A stretch of DNA of 64,000 nt from Vulcanimicrobiales bacterium (GCA_038215615.1 JBBQQR010000010.1:1-64000), one strand, 5' to 3'; counted from the stretch's first letter, positions 9,343 through 18,209 are shown. Notes: generated from the sequence alone by a model not told the origin. Numbers and translations are program-made.

Positions 9343-10080
9343 TCAGCGCTCCGGGCGATAGCCCTCCATCTTTAGCAAACGTGCCTTCATCTCGATTCCG
9401 TAACCGTAATTGTGCAGCTCGCCGTGGGAGTCGACGACGCGATGGCACGGGAAGAAGAGCGGCAGCGGATTGCGCGCCATCGCCTGTCCAACGGCACGCG
9501 CCGCCTTGGGCCGGCCGATCGTTTGCGCGACCCACGCATACGAGCGCACTTGGCCCGGTGGAATGCTGGCGGCAGCTTTGAGCGCGTCCTGTTCGAACTG
9601 CGTCAGATCGGTGATGTCGACTTTATTTTGGTCGACGCGCCACGTTTTAAAGTAGTCGTCGAAGATTTTTTGAAGCCACACGGGCGTTTGTCCCTTGTCG
9701 ACGGGCCGGTGCAAGCGGCGCTCGATCTGCTCGCGGACTTTGTCGAGCCCTTCACCGCGATCCAAGCCGATGAACGCGATACGGTCGCCCTTGTAGCCGA
9801 CATAGACGCGTCCGATTTGCGTGCGCAGCCATGTCAAGACGATCGGCGTGCTGCGGTGTTTACTTTGCAGGGTCGCGATGTGTTCGATCACGCGTTTGGC
9901 GAGATCGCACGAGGGTTCGGGCTGCGGGAGGCACGAGAGGCAGTAGGCGACGCCTTCGTACTGTTCGTAGAGATCCTGGCAGTTTTGGCACGCGCGCAGA
10001 TGGGTGTGGACGGCGGCGCGGAGTGGGGGCATTCCTTCGCGGATATCATCCCACAGCGCTTCGACTTCACGACATCGCAT
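9343..10080 (-). CDS. ZAS/zf-HC2 anti-sigma domain fused to methylated-DNA-protein-cysteine methyltransferase (Ogt/MGMT)
   Basis: N-terminal MRC...HLRACQNC (C...HxxxCxxC); C-terminal SYAWVA...ARAVGQAMARNP...PCHRVV; ATG at 10080 overlaps the sigma gene end. Confidence 0.88.
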   Translation of the reverse strand: MRCREVEALWDDIREGMPPLRAAVHTHLRACQNCQDLYEQYEGVAYCLSCLPQPEPSCDLAKRVIEHIATLQSKHRSTPIVLTWLRTQIGRVYVGYKGDRIAFIGLDRGEGLDKVREQIERRLHRPVDKGQTPVWLQKIFDDYFKTWRVDQNKVDITDLTQFEQDALKAAASIPPGQVRSYAWVAQTIGRPKAARAVGQAMARNPLPLFFPCHRVVDSHGELHNYGYGIEMKARLLKMEGYRPER

Positions 10081-10723
10081 GGAGAGGGGCTCCTTCCGGC
10101 ACGACTTTGCCGATTTGCGGTCCGAGGATACGGCGCAGAATACGCACCGCGCGATGCACGTGCGATTTGACCGTTCCGATCGGTTGGTTGAGAATTTCAG
10201 CAATTTCGGGGTGGCTGCGGCCTTCGATAAACCGCAGCGTGGCTGCGGCGCGCAGATGCATGGGGAGTTGGAGGAGCGCTCGCTCCACCAGCGCCATATC
10301 GGCGTTTCGTTCGAGGATCTTTTCGGGCTGCGCGGGGCCATCGTGGCGCGAGCTGCGCAGCAGGGCATCGGGATCGGCCAGCGCATCGAGCGCGACGTTG
10401 GTCGGCCGCTTTCCACGCAAGCGGTTTCGCGTAACATTTAAAGTGATGGTGTAGAGCCACGGCTGCAGGCGCAACTCGCCGCGCTGCTCCGGGGACATTT
10501 TGGCCAGGGCGCGATACGCGCGGACGAACGCGTCTTGCACGATCTCTTCGGCGTCTTCGCGGTTGCCGGTCATGCGCAAGGCGAAGCCGTAGAGCCGGCG
10601 CTCGTATTCATCGACGATACTGTCGAAGCGGTCGGCTTCAGGAGCGCCGACACGCTTCACCGCTTTCTTCTGTGCCGGAGCCGGCACCCAATACTCCCTC
10701 AAGGACGGTGCGAGAGCGGTCAT
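10067..10723 (-). CDS. ECF-family RNA polymerase sigma factor
   Basis: Region 2 (DAEEIVQDAFVRAY, WLYTITLN) and region 4 (EIAEILNQPIGTVKSHVHRA); 218 aa. Confidence 0.95.
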   Translation of the reverse strand: MTALAPSLREYWVPAPAQKKAVKRVGAPEADRFDSIVDEYERRLYGFALRMTGNREDAEEIVQDAFVRAYRALAKMSPEQRGELRLQPWLYTITLNVTRNRLRGKRPTNVALDALADPDALLRSSRHDGPAQPEKILERNADMALVERALLQLPMHLRAAATLRFIEGRSHPEIAEILNQPIGTVKSHVHRAVRILRRILGPQIGKVVPEGAPLHAMS

Positions 10724-10869
10724 ATACGCTTTCGAAACACCGCTGCCTGGGGCGAAGGTTTCACATTAGGCTGGGCGAACCCGTCCGCCATGACGCCCCA
10801 AGCGTTCATAAAAATCCCTAACCGTTCAGGCGCGCTGCGCCGAGCGGTTTTTGCTTTCTGGGGGTACTG

Positions 10870-11259
10870 ATGGAAGCGATCGAGCCGAAGGAAGTTATTT
10901 TCGATGCCTACACGATGTGCAGTTTTCTTCCGGCGCTCGATTCCTCACGAGCTATACCCTTGGTCCTGATCGGTTACCGAAACGGCGAAGATCCGTGGTT
11001 CGTTTGGCTCGTGCCCAAAGAAGGCATTTCAGCCGAAGGCCTGACCGACGATCCGTACTATGCGAAAGTGCTGCGCGATCCGCCCGCGTATTTCGTGAAA
11101 AAACTCAACAAATACATCGAGGAAACGGGTTCGTGCAAACGCGGCGTTGAGATGCTTATCGATTGCCACCAAAATCATCTCGCGTTCACGCCGCTCGTCC
11201 ACTTGCGCGAACGGCCCTTCACGCACCCAATGACGGTGGAGTTGCTGGCCGCCGTATAG
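10870..11259 (+). CDS. Hypothetical protein
   Basis: 129-aa ATG ORF filling the gap between the sigma gene and a convergent gene; no recognised motif. Confidence 0.65.
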   Translation: MEAIEPKEVIFDAYTMCSFLPALDSSRAIPLVLIGYRNGEDPWFVWLVPKEGISAEGLTDDPYYAKVLRDPPAYFVKKLNKYIEETGSCKRGVEMLIDCHQNHLAFTPLVHLRERPFTHPMTVELLAAV

Positions 11260-11278
11260 CTTCGTTTCGCTGCAGACG

Positions 11279-12007
11279 CTAGTGCGAGCTCGCCTCGGAA
11301 CGCGACGGTAGTGCTGACGGCTGCGCCTTGATCGATCGCTCGTAGACGATCGTCACCGGCGAGTGGCGCGAGCCGTTTTGCAGCGTGCCCGAAATCGTGA
11401 GCGTTTCGTTCAGCGCGAGCAGAAGCGGATCGCCGCTCATCGCATAATATGCGGTTCCGCGCATGCGCATCGTTCCGCGCATCGTCATCGACGCACGGTC
11501 CGGGAGTGGACCCGCCATCGGTCCGGCCGCGTCGAAGTTGACGGCTAAGGCGTTCTGCGAGGCAACGCGTTCGTTTGCGCCCCGCCGTAGGTAGCCGCGC
11601 AGCGTGCCGCCCATAACCGGCGCGGGGAACTCGAACGGAACGTCGCTCTTTAACCGAAGCAAATCGTGGAGCGTTTGCTGGTCGAGCTCGATCGCAAAGG
11701 GCTGGTTGAGGACGGTCAGATAATCGGGGTCGCCGTCGGTACGGTCTTGCAGCTCGCCTTGCGACGTCAAAATCTGAACGAAGGCGGCGTGGGTCGGAAC
11801 CCGCCCGCTTTCATCGATGCGCAGGTACTTCGCATCGGCCCGGAACTGTGTCTGCTTCCCTACACTGCGAATCGTCAGCTGCTGGGTGCCGCTGTACGAG
11901 ATGTTGGTTTGCAGGTCAGAGGAACCGATCCGGTACCGGTCGCTTCCGCTGACGGCGTATCGCTGATCGGCGCGGGCGGGCAGCGCAATCACCAGTACCG
12001 CTACCAT
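11279..12007 (-). CDS. Secreted hypothetical protein
   Basis: Hydrophobic N-terminus with ARA cleavage site; beta-rich body; the true start may lie slightly upstream. Confidence 0.75.
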   Translation of the reverse strand: MVAVLVIALPARADQRYAVSGSDRYRIGSSDLQTNISYSGTQQLTIRSVGKQTQFRADAKYLRIDESGRVPTHAAFVQILTSQGELQDRTDGDPDYLTVLNQPFAIELDQQTLHDLLRLKSDVPFEFPAPVMGGTLRGYLRRGANERVASQNALAVNFDAAGPMAGPLPDRASMTMRGTMRMRGTAYYAMSGDPLLLALNETLTISGTLQNGSRHSPVTIVYERSIKAQPSALPSRSEASSH

Positions 12008-12161
12008 GCCGAGGCCGACGATGCTGCGGTGACGAGTGATGGCTTGGACTCTCTTTCTTGGTCGTTCTAGGTGGATAGGCCCAATTTGCTGAACCTATTA
12101 TCCCAATAAAGACGCTTAGTTCAAACGTCTGAAGGTGGGAAGTTTGGGTACGCTCCGGTGC

Positions 12162-13448
12162 GTGAAGGCCGCCAGCATTGCCTTATCCTTTTTGCTGATC
12201 CTTGGGCCTCTGCTCACGGTTATCCCCGCAATTGCGTCTCCTACTGCTGAAATCCCCAACGCTCCGACGGCGGTTGCAGTGACGCTGCAGCGCATTTACC
12301 AGCGCGCCTACGACGAGGCCTACAGCCGGCACGCCAAGGTCGAGCGCGACGGAACGACCTTCGTTTCCACCGGGGACATCGACGCGGAATGGCTGCGGGA
12401 TTCGAGCGCGGTGTTGATGCCGTACATCGGGCTGGCTTCTACGGATTCATATGTGCGGAATATGCTTCGTGGAGCAATCGCGCGCCAAGCCAAGTACATC
12501 CTCATCGATCCCTACGCCAACGCGTTTACCGACGATTACCAAGTCGCGGAACGCAAGTTCGAAATGGATTCGCTGCTCTATCCGATCCGGTTGGCGTACG
12601 TGTACTGGAAGGCCACGGGCGACCGTTCGATCTTCACGCCGACCCTCCAACGGGCCATGACGACGGCGGTGCGAACGCTTCGTCTCGAGCAGCACCACGC
12701 GACCCGCTCGCATTACCGGCATGCCGAACTCGCCAACAACGGCATCGGCACGCGCGTGGCCTACACGGGTCTGGTTTGGACCGCATTCCGGCCGTCTGAC
12801 GATGCCGCGCGTTATCAGTACAACATTCCCGACAATATGTTTGCGGCGGTGGTGCTGCAGCAGCTGACCGAGATCGAACGAAAAGTTTACCGCGACAATG
12901 CGATGGCGCTCGAAACTTGGGGGCTAGCCGTCCAGATCCGTCATGGCATCGAACACAACGCACTGGTCAACGTGCCGGGACTCGGCCGTATCTACGCCTA
13001 CGAAATCGACGGTTTCGGAAACCTCACTTTGATGGACGACGCCAATGTTCCGTCGCTGCTCGCGGCGCCGTACTTCGGGTACGTCAACGCGCGCGATTCG
13101 GTCTACAAGGCGACTCGCGCGTTCGTTCTCTCGCAGCGTAACCCGTACTATTTTGCCGGAAAATACGCGTCGGGCGTCGGCAGTCCGCATACGCCGCACG
13201 GCTACATTTGGCCGCTTTCGCTGGTGATGGAAGCGATTACGTCGACCGATGCGAGCGAGGTAGACAAGGTGATGGGCTACATCGCCGCGTCAGATACGGG
13301 CGATCACCGCTTGCACGAATCGTTTAATTCGGATTGGCCGGAGTCATATACGCGCGACGATTTCGCGTGGCCCAATGCGCTCTTCGCGCAGTTAATGCTC
13401 GCGCGCCAGGGCCGTCTGCCGGCCGTGCTGGAATCGCTCGCGCGCTAG
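12162..13448 (+). CDS. Secreted glycoside hydrolase family 125 (exo-alpha-1,6-mannosidase-like)
   Basis: TGDIDAEWLRDS, RKFEMDSL, FRPSDD, MDDANVPSLL, GSPHT, FAWPN motifs; signal peptide; alternative start at 12135. Confidence 0.92.
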   Translation: MKAASIALSFLLILGPLLTVIPAIASPTAEIPNAPTAVAVTLQRIYQRAYDEAYSRHAKVERDGTTFVSTGDIDAEWLRDSSAVLMPYIGLASTDSYVRNMLRGAIARQAKYILIDPYANAFTDDYQVAERKFEMDSLLYPIRLAYVYWKATGDRSIFTPTLQRAMTTAVRTLRLEQHHATRSHYRHAELANNGIGTRVAYTGLVWTAFRPSDDAARYQYNIPDNMFAAVVLQQLTEIERKVYRDNAMALETWGLAVQIRHGIEHNALVNVPGLGRIYAYEIDGFGNLTLMDDANVPSLLAAPYFGYVNARDSVYKATRAFVLSQRNPYYFAGKYASGVGSPHTPHGYIWPLSLVMEAITSTDASEVDKVMGYIAASDTGDHRLHESFNSDWPESYTRDDFAWPNALFAQLMLARQGRLPAVLESLAR

Positions 13449-13745
13449 AAAAAATCTGACCCGCACGGTTTCGCCGCCGCAGACCACGACTTCGTCGGGA
13501 TGCGCGAAGGTGCGGCCGTTCACGTCAACGGTGAAACGCCCGGCGCGCAGACCCGCGATGGTCGCGCGTAAGTTTCGCATGAAATGTTCTTGGGATGCCC
13601 GCGCGCCGATAACTTCGCGAACGGCCAGCGAGAGCAGATGATACAAACGCAGCGGTGTAGCCGACGCAAACGCGCTGCAGCCGCTTTCCGCGACTGCGTG
13701 GAGATCGACGGGCACGCGCACCGTAATCACGCCCGTAGTCTTCAC
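13392..13745 (-). CDS. Hypothetical protein
   Basis: 117-aa ORF filling the intergenic gap; 3' overlap with GH125. Confidence 0.55.
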   Translation of the reverse strand: MKTTGVITVRVPVDLHAVAESGCSAFASATPLRLYHLLSLAVREVIGARASQEHFMRNLRATIAGLRAGRFTVDVNGRTFAHPDEVVVCGGETVRVRFFLARERFQHGRQTALAREH

Positions 13746-13789
13746 GCAGTTCCGAGGACCTGCCTGCTGTTTGGGCTAATCAATTTAGC

Positions 13790-14572
13790 GTGGACGACGA
13801 CGATCTCAGACGGCGGCGCCGGCTAACGCCATCGGGGCCGCGGCGTTCATCCGGCGGTGGAAACGGCTGGGCTATTACCATTGCTGCCGCCGTGGTCGTT
13901 GTGATCGCCGGGTGGTTCTTGGGCATGGCGTTGGCGCGCTTTGCGAACGCGCCGAAAAAACAAAATACGGTTGCGAACATTACGCCTTCACCGACCGCGT
14001 CACCGGCGCAAGCTCCAACGCCGGCCGCATCGCCTTCCGTAACGCCGTCACCCGCGAAGTCATCGAAGCCTTCGCCGAAACCCAAGCCGAGCGCAACTAC
14101 GGCAGCCTCCGCGACACCATCGCCTGCGCCGACGCTGTCCGCGGGCCCAACCGCCGCGCCGACAGCTCCGCCCACGGCAAAGCCTACTCCAAAACCCACA
14201 CCGGTACGCACCGCCGCGCCGCGCCGCACGTTACCGGTGGGCCGCCGGCCCGAGCCGACGCCTGCGCGCGCCGTGCCCGCTGCCCCGGTGCCTTCAAACG
14301 CGGCCGAAGTAACCGTACGATCCTATATCGAGGCGCTGCGCAGCGGCGATCCGCAGACCGCGGCATCATATCTGGGGAACGGCTCACCCGACGAAAGTTT
14401 CATCAACTCGAGCGCGCACATCGTCAGCATGCATACGGCGCGTGAGGCCGACGGCAGCTTCGTCGTGGCGGTGACGCTCTCTACGCCATCGGGAAGTTAT
14501 TTGGAAACGTTCGACGTGTCGTCGGCCGCGGACGGCAGTAAGATCTTACAGAAGAGCGTTTCGAAGCTGTAG
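13790..14572 (+). CDS. Single-pass membrane protein with Pro/Thr/Ser-rich linker and small C-terminal domain
   Basis: Basic N-terminus, one TM helix, long PT/PS-rich region. Confidence 0.8.
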   Translation: MDDDDLRRRRRLTPSGPRRSSGGGNGWAITIAAAVVVVIAGWFLGMALARFANAPKKQNTVANITPSPTASPAQAPTPAASPSVTPSPAKSSKPSPKPKPSATTAASATPSPAPTLSAGPTAAPTAPPTAKPTPKPTPVRTAAPRRTLPVGRRPEPTPARAVPAAPVPSNAAEVTVRSYIEALRSGDPQTAASYLGNGSPDESFINSSAHIVSMHTAREADGSFVVAVTLSTPSGSYLETFDVSSAADGSKILQKSVSKL

Positions 14573-14573
14573 C

Positions 14574-14966
14574 TTAAGCTTCGTCGGGCCACGCGGCGAG
14601 CTCGCCGATCGCAGCACTTTTCAAGACTTTGAGTCCGAGCATCGCGCACTTCATGCGGGTCGGACTGATCCCGATGCCGACGTTTTCCAGCACCGCTTCT
14701 TTCGGTAACGTTGCGATCTCGGAGAGCGACTTGCCCTTAATGCTTTCGGTCAGCATCGACGCGGAAGCTTGACTGATCGCGCAACCCTTGCCGGAAAATC
14801 TCACGTCCTGCACCAAACCGCTCTTGTCCACTTTCAATTCCATGCGGATCTGATCGCCGCAGAGCGGGTTGAGATCTTCCGCGGATGCGTCGGCGCTCTC
14901 GAACCGGCCGAAGTTGCGCGGATTGCGGTAGTGATCCAGGATGTAGTCGCGGTAGAAGTCGTCCAC
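14574..14966 (-). CDS. sufU: SUF Fe-S assembly sulfur-transfer protein SufU
   Basis: ILDHYRNPRNFG, NPLCGD, GCAISQASASM, RMKCA; directly after sufS. Confidence 0.92.
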   Translation of the reverse strand: MDDFYRDYILDHYRNPRNFGRFESADASAEDLNPLCGDQIRMELKVDKSGLVQDVRFSGKGCAISQASASMLTESIKGKSLSEIATLPKEAVLENVGIGISPTRMKCAMLGLKVLKSAAIGELAAWPDEA

Positions 14967-14968
14967 GG

Positions 14969-16216
14969 CTAGAGTTTGAAGACGCGGGCGGCTTTTTCAA
15001 TACCCGTAACCAGCGCGTCGATATCTTCCTCGGTATTGTAAATATAGAACGAGGCGCGCGCGGTGGCGGGCCAGCCCATCTTTTCCATCAATGGCATGGT
15101 GCAGTGGTGGCCGGCGCGCACGCAGACGCCGTCGGTGTCGAGAATCGAGGCGAGATCGTGTGGATGCACGTCGCCGAAATTAAACGAGATGACGTCGGCG
15201 ATACGTTGGGGATCGCGCGGACCGTAAATCGCCAGGCCGCGGCTTTCAAGTGTTGCCAGACGTTCGAGCGCATAGGTGACGAGCCGCCGCTCGTGGTCGC
15301 GCACCCACTCCATGCCGACGCCGCCTAGGTAGTCTACGGCGACCGCAAACGCAATCGCGTCGGCCACGTTGCTCGTGCCGGCTTCAAATTTCCAGGGCAA
15401 TTCGTTGAACGTCGATTTCGCGTACTCCACTTTGCGGATCATGTCGCCGCCGGTCAAGAAGGGCGGCATCGCTTCGAGCAGCGCACGTTTTCCGTAGAGC
15501 ACGCCGATGCCGGTCGGGCCTAACATCTTGTGTGCGCTGAACGCGTAGAAGTCGGCGTCGAGCGCCTTGAGGTCGACGGGCATGTTCGGCGCAGCCTGCG
15601 CGCCGTCAACCATGACCAGCGCTCCGGCGGCGTGCGCACGCGGAATGATGACATCGAGCGGTGCGATCGTGCCGAGCGAATTGCTGACGTGCGAGAGCGC
15701 GACGAGTTTGCAACCGTCGAGCAGCGCGTCGAGATCGTCGAGCACGTGCAGCCCACGGTCGTCTACCGGAATGAAGCGCAGCTCCGCGCTGGTTTTTTCC
15801 GCCAGCAGCTGCCACGGCACGAGATTAGAGTGGTGCTCGAGCTGCGTCACCAGGATCGCATCACCGCGCCGCACGTTCTGCAGGCCCCATGAATAGGCGA
15901 CGAGGTTGATCGACTCGGTCGTGTTGCGCGTCCAGATAATCTCTTGGGTCTGGGCGTTAAAGAACGATGCTACCGTTTCGCGCGCCTTCTCGAATTCGGC
16001 GGTGGCGCGCTCGGCGATCTCGTAAACGCCCCGGTGAATGTTGGCGTTGTACTGCGAGTAGTAGTGGACAAGCGCGTCGATCACGGCTTGCGGCTTCTGC
16101 GAAGTTGCCGCCGAATCAAGATAGACGAGGCGCTTGCCGCGTGAAGTCGGGCGCTGCAATATCGGAAAGTCGGTTATGATGCGCCGGACTTTGGCTTCGG
16201 CGATCGCGACGCTCAC
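14969..16216 (-). CDS. sufS: Cysteine desulfurase SufS
   Basis: YLDSAATSQKP, EHHSN, SAHKMLGP, RAGHHC. Confidence 0.96.
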   Translation of the reverse strand: MSVAIAEAKVRRIITDFPILQRPTSRGKRLVYLDSAATSQKPQAVIDALVHYYSQYNANIHRGVYEIAERATAEFEKARETVASFFNAQTQEIIWTRNTTESINLVAYSWGLQNVRRGDAILVTQLEHHSNLVPWQLLAEKTSAELRFIPVDDRGLHVLDDLDALLDGCKLVALSHVSNSLGTIAPLDVIIPRAHAAGALVMVDGAQAAPNMPVDLKALDADFYAFSAHKMLGPTGIGVLYGKRALLEAMPPFLTGGDMIRKVEYAKSTFNELPWKFEAGTSNVADAIAFAVAVDYLGGVGMEWVRDHERRLVTYALERLATLESRGLAIYGPRDPQRIADVISFNFGDVHPHDLASILDTDGVCVRAGHHCTMPLMEKMGWPATARASFYIYNTEEDIDALVTGIEKAARVFKL

Positions 16217-17322
16217 GCGATTTTCGCTTCCAGGGCGGCCCGCAGTCTGTCGCGCATGGCGGCGGTCGGAAAACGCTCGACGACGGGCTCAAAAAAGCCG
16301 AGCGCGATCATCTTTTCGGCGGATTCGCGTTCGATGCCGCGGCTTTCCATATAGAAAATCAGGTTTTCGTCGAGTGCGCCGATGGTGGCGCCGTGAAACG
16401 CTTTGACGTCGTTGGCGCCGATTTCGAGCGCCGGCACGGAATCGATGTGCGCGCGCGGCGAGAGCAGCAGCGCGTCGTCGCGCAGCGATGCTTCGGTGCC
16501 TTGCGCGTGCGGTGCAATGCGAATATTTCCAAGGTAGCGCGCCTGGCCGCGGCCGGTCGCCGCGGACTTGATCAGCGTTTGCGATTGCGATTCGCCCACG
16601 TTATGGCGGATCGTCGAAACCATGTCGACGTGTTGATCCTGGCGCGGGAAGAAGAAGCCGTTGAGGTGCGCGTCCACGCCGGGATGGTCGACGAGCACAT
16701 CGATGCGCGAGACCGATAGCGCGGCACCGACTTCCGCGACGCACCACGTTACGGAGGCATCTTTGCCGGGAGAGGCTGCGCGCGTGAAAAACGCTTGCGA
16801 CTCCAGTGGCAGATTTTGTTCGGCGGCATAGGTGACGGAAGCGCTTTCGGCAGCGACGATCTCAGCGATGCCGCAGACGACATCAGCGGACTCACCTTCG
16901 ATGCGCTCGATGACCGTGCAACGTGCACCGCGATCGACCACTACCAGTGTATGCGGAAAGAGCGCGCCGTTTTTCGCGGTGTACGTAATTTCGATCGGGT
17001 CATCGATCGATTGATCGGGCGGAACGTAGACGAAAGCACCGGTATTACAGAGCGCGGCTGAGAGTGCTGCAAATTTATCGTTGAGCGTTCCCGTGACGCT
17101 GCCGAAGGCGCGATTGAAAAGTTCGGCGTGATCGCGCCTGGCGGTCTCAAGTCCGCAGGCGATCAGTCCGGGCTTGGACGGCGCAGCGATCTGCGGATCC
17201 GATGCCGGAGCTGCCTTCAAAGAAGAGAAGTCGATCGCGTCGAGATCGATCTTCCAAAATTGTCCGGGACGTTCGCGGCCCGAACGCAATTCGAGCGCCC
17301 GCTCGAGGGTCGCGCTAGGCAA
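16213..17322 (-). CDS. sufD: SufD-family Fe-S assembly protein
   Basis: SVPALEIGANDVKAFHGATIG, FYMESRGI; TTG start at 17322 after GAGGAG preferred over 17361. Confidence 0.88.
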   Translation of the reverse strand: MPSATLERALELRSGRERPGQFWKIDLDAIDFSSLKAAPASDPQIAAPSKPGLIACGLETARRDHAELFNRAFGSVTGTLNDKFAALSAALCNTGAFVYVPPDQSIDDPIEITYTAKNGALFPHTLVVVDRGARCTVIERIEGESADVVCGIAEIVAAESASVTYAAEQNLPLESQAFFTRAASPGKDASVTWCVAEVGAALSVSRIDVLVDHPGVDAHLNGFFFPRQDQHVDMVSTIRHNVGESQSQTLIKSAATGRGQARYLGNIRIAPHAQGTEASLRDDALLLSPRAHIDSVPALEIGANDVKAFHGATIGALDENLIFYMESRGIERESAEKMIALGFFEPVVERFPTAAMRDRLRAALEAKIA

Positions 17323-18085
17323 TCTGCGCCGTCTCCTCGCGGATCTTGTCGTAGCCTTCACGTTCGATGCGCTGCGCGAGTTCGGCGTCGCCTTCTTTGA
17401 CGATACGTCCGTCGATCATGATGTGCACGACATCGGGCTGAACGTACTGCAAGATGCGCGGATAGTGCGTGATGATCAGGAAACCCGTATTTTTTCCGGT
17501 TTCGCTCGCGCGCATCGCGTTGACCGATTCGCCGACGGCTCGCAGTGCGTCAACGTCGAGTCCGGAGTCGGTTTCGTCGAGGATCGCATATTTCGGCGCG
17601 AGCATCGCGAGCTGCAGCATTTCGAGCCGTTTTTTCTCGCCCCCGGAAAAACCGTCGTTGAGATAGCGGCCCATGAAACTCGGATCCATGTCGAGCAGAT
17701 CCATTTTCTCTAGGAGCAGCGCGCGGAATTTCGCCGGCGGAAGATCGCCGGGGTGCAGCGCTTGCCGCGCGGCAAACAAAAAGTTCGCAACTTTCACGCC
17801 TGGGATAGCGGCGGGGTATTGAAAGGAGAGGAAGAGTCCGGCCTTCGCGCGTTTGTCGGGCGGCATGGCGAGCACGTCGGCGCCGTCGAGCGTGACCGAA
17901 CCGCTCTCTACCTTAAAGCCGGGGTGGCCGGTGAGTGAAAACGCGAGCGTCGATTTGCCGCTGCCGTTGGGTCCCATCAAGGCGTGAACGCGCCCGGCTT
18001 CGACCGAAAGGTCGATGCCCTTGAGAATCTGGGTTCCGCCAGCGCTGGCGCGCAGCTGGTGAATATGTAGGCCCCGTTCGGACAC
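17315..18085 (-). CDS. sufC: Fe-S assembly ATPase SufC
   Basis: GPNGSGKST, FSGGEKKR, LDETDSGLDVDA, ITHYPRIL; GTG start at 18085 after AAGGAG. Confidence 0.96.
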   Translation of the reverse strand: MSERGLHIHQLRASAGGTQILKGIDLSVEAGRVHALMGPNGSGKSTLAFSLTGHPGFKVESGSVTLDGADVLAMPPDKRAKAGLFLSFQYPAAIPGVKVANFLFAARQALHPGDLPPAKFRALLLEKMDLLDMDPSFMGRYLNDGFSGGEKKRLEMLQLAMLAPKYAILDETDSGLDVDALRAVGESVNAMRASETGKNTGFLIITHYPRILQYVQPDVVHIMIDGRIVKEGDAELAQRIEREGYDKIREETAQIA

Positions 18086-18132
18086 GCTTGGCTCCTTCGG
18101 CGATACGGAAAGCGGCCTAAGCCGCCTCTCCA

Positions 18133-18161
18133 ATCCTACGGACCGGGGTAGAGAAAGTCAA
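18133..18161 (-). promoter_or_regulatory. Sigma70-type promoter for sufCDSU
   Basis: TTGACT-N17-TAGGAT on the minus strand. Confidence 0.7.
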
Positions 18162-18178
18162 GGAAAACCTGGACTATC
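18153..18178. promoter_or_regulatory. Candidate SufR operator (imperfect palindrome)
   Basis: GAAAGTCAAGG-AAAA-CCTGGACTATC, 9/11 inverted match, covering both -35 boxes. Confidence 0.55.
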
Positions 18179-18198
18179 TGCGTATTTCGTGCTAGCAT
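18170..18198 (+). promoter_or_regulatory. Sigma70-type promoter for the sufR-like gene
   Basis: TGGACT-N17-TAGCAT with TGn extended -10. Confidence 0.6.
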
Positions 18199-18209
18199 TC
18201 GAGCAGATT

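Noticed and set aside
9343..10437. 364-aa ORF-track version of the MGMT gene
   Set aside because: The first ~119 codons overlap the sigma gene out of frame; the ZAS domain begins at ATG 10080
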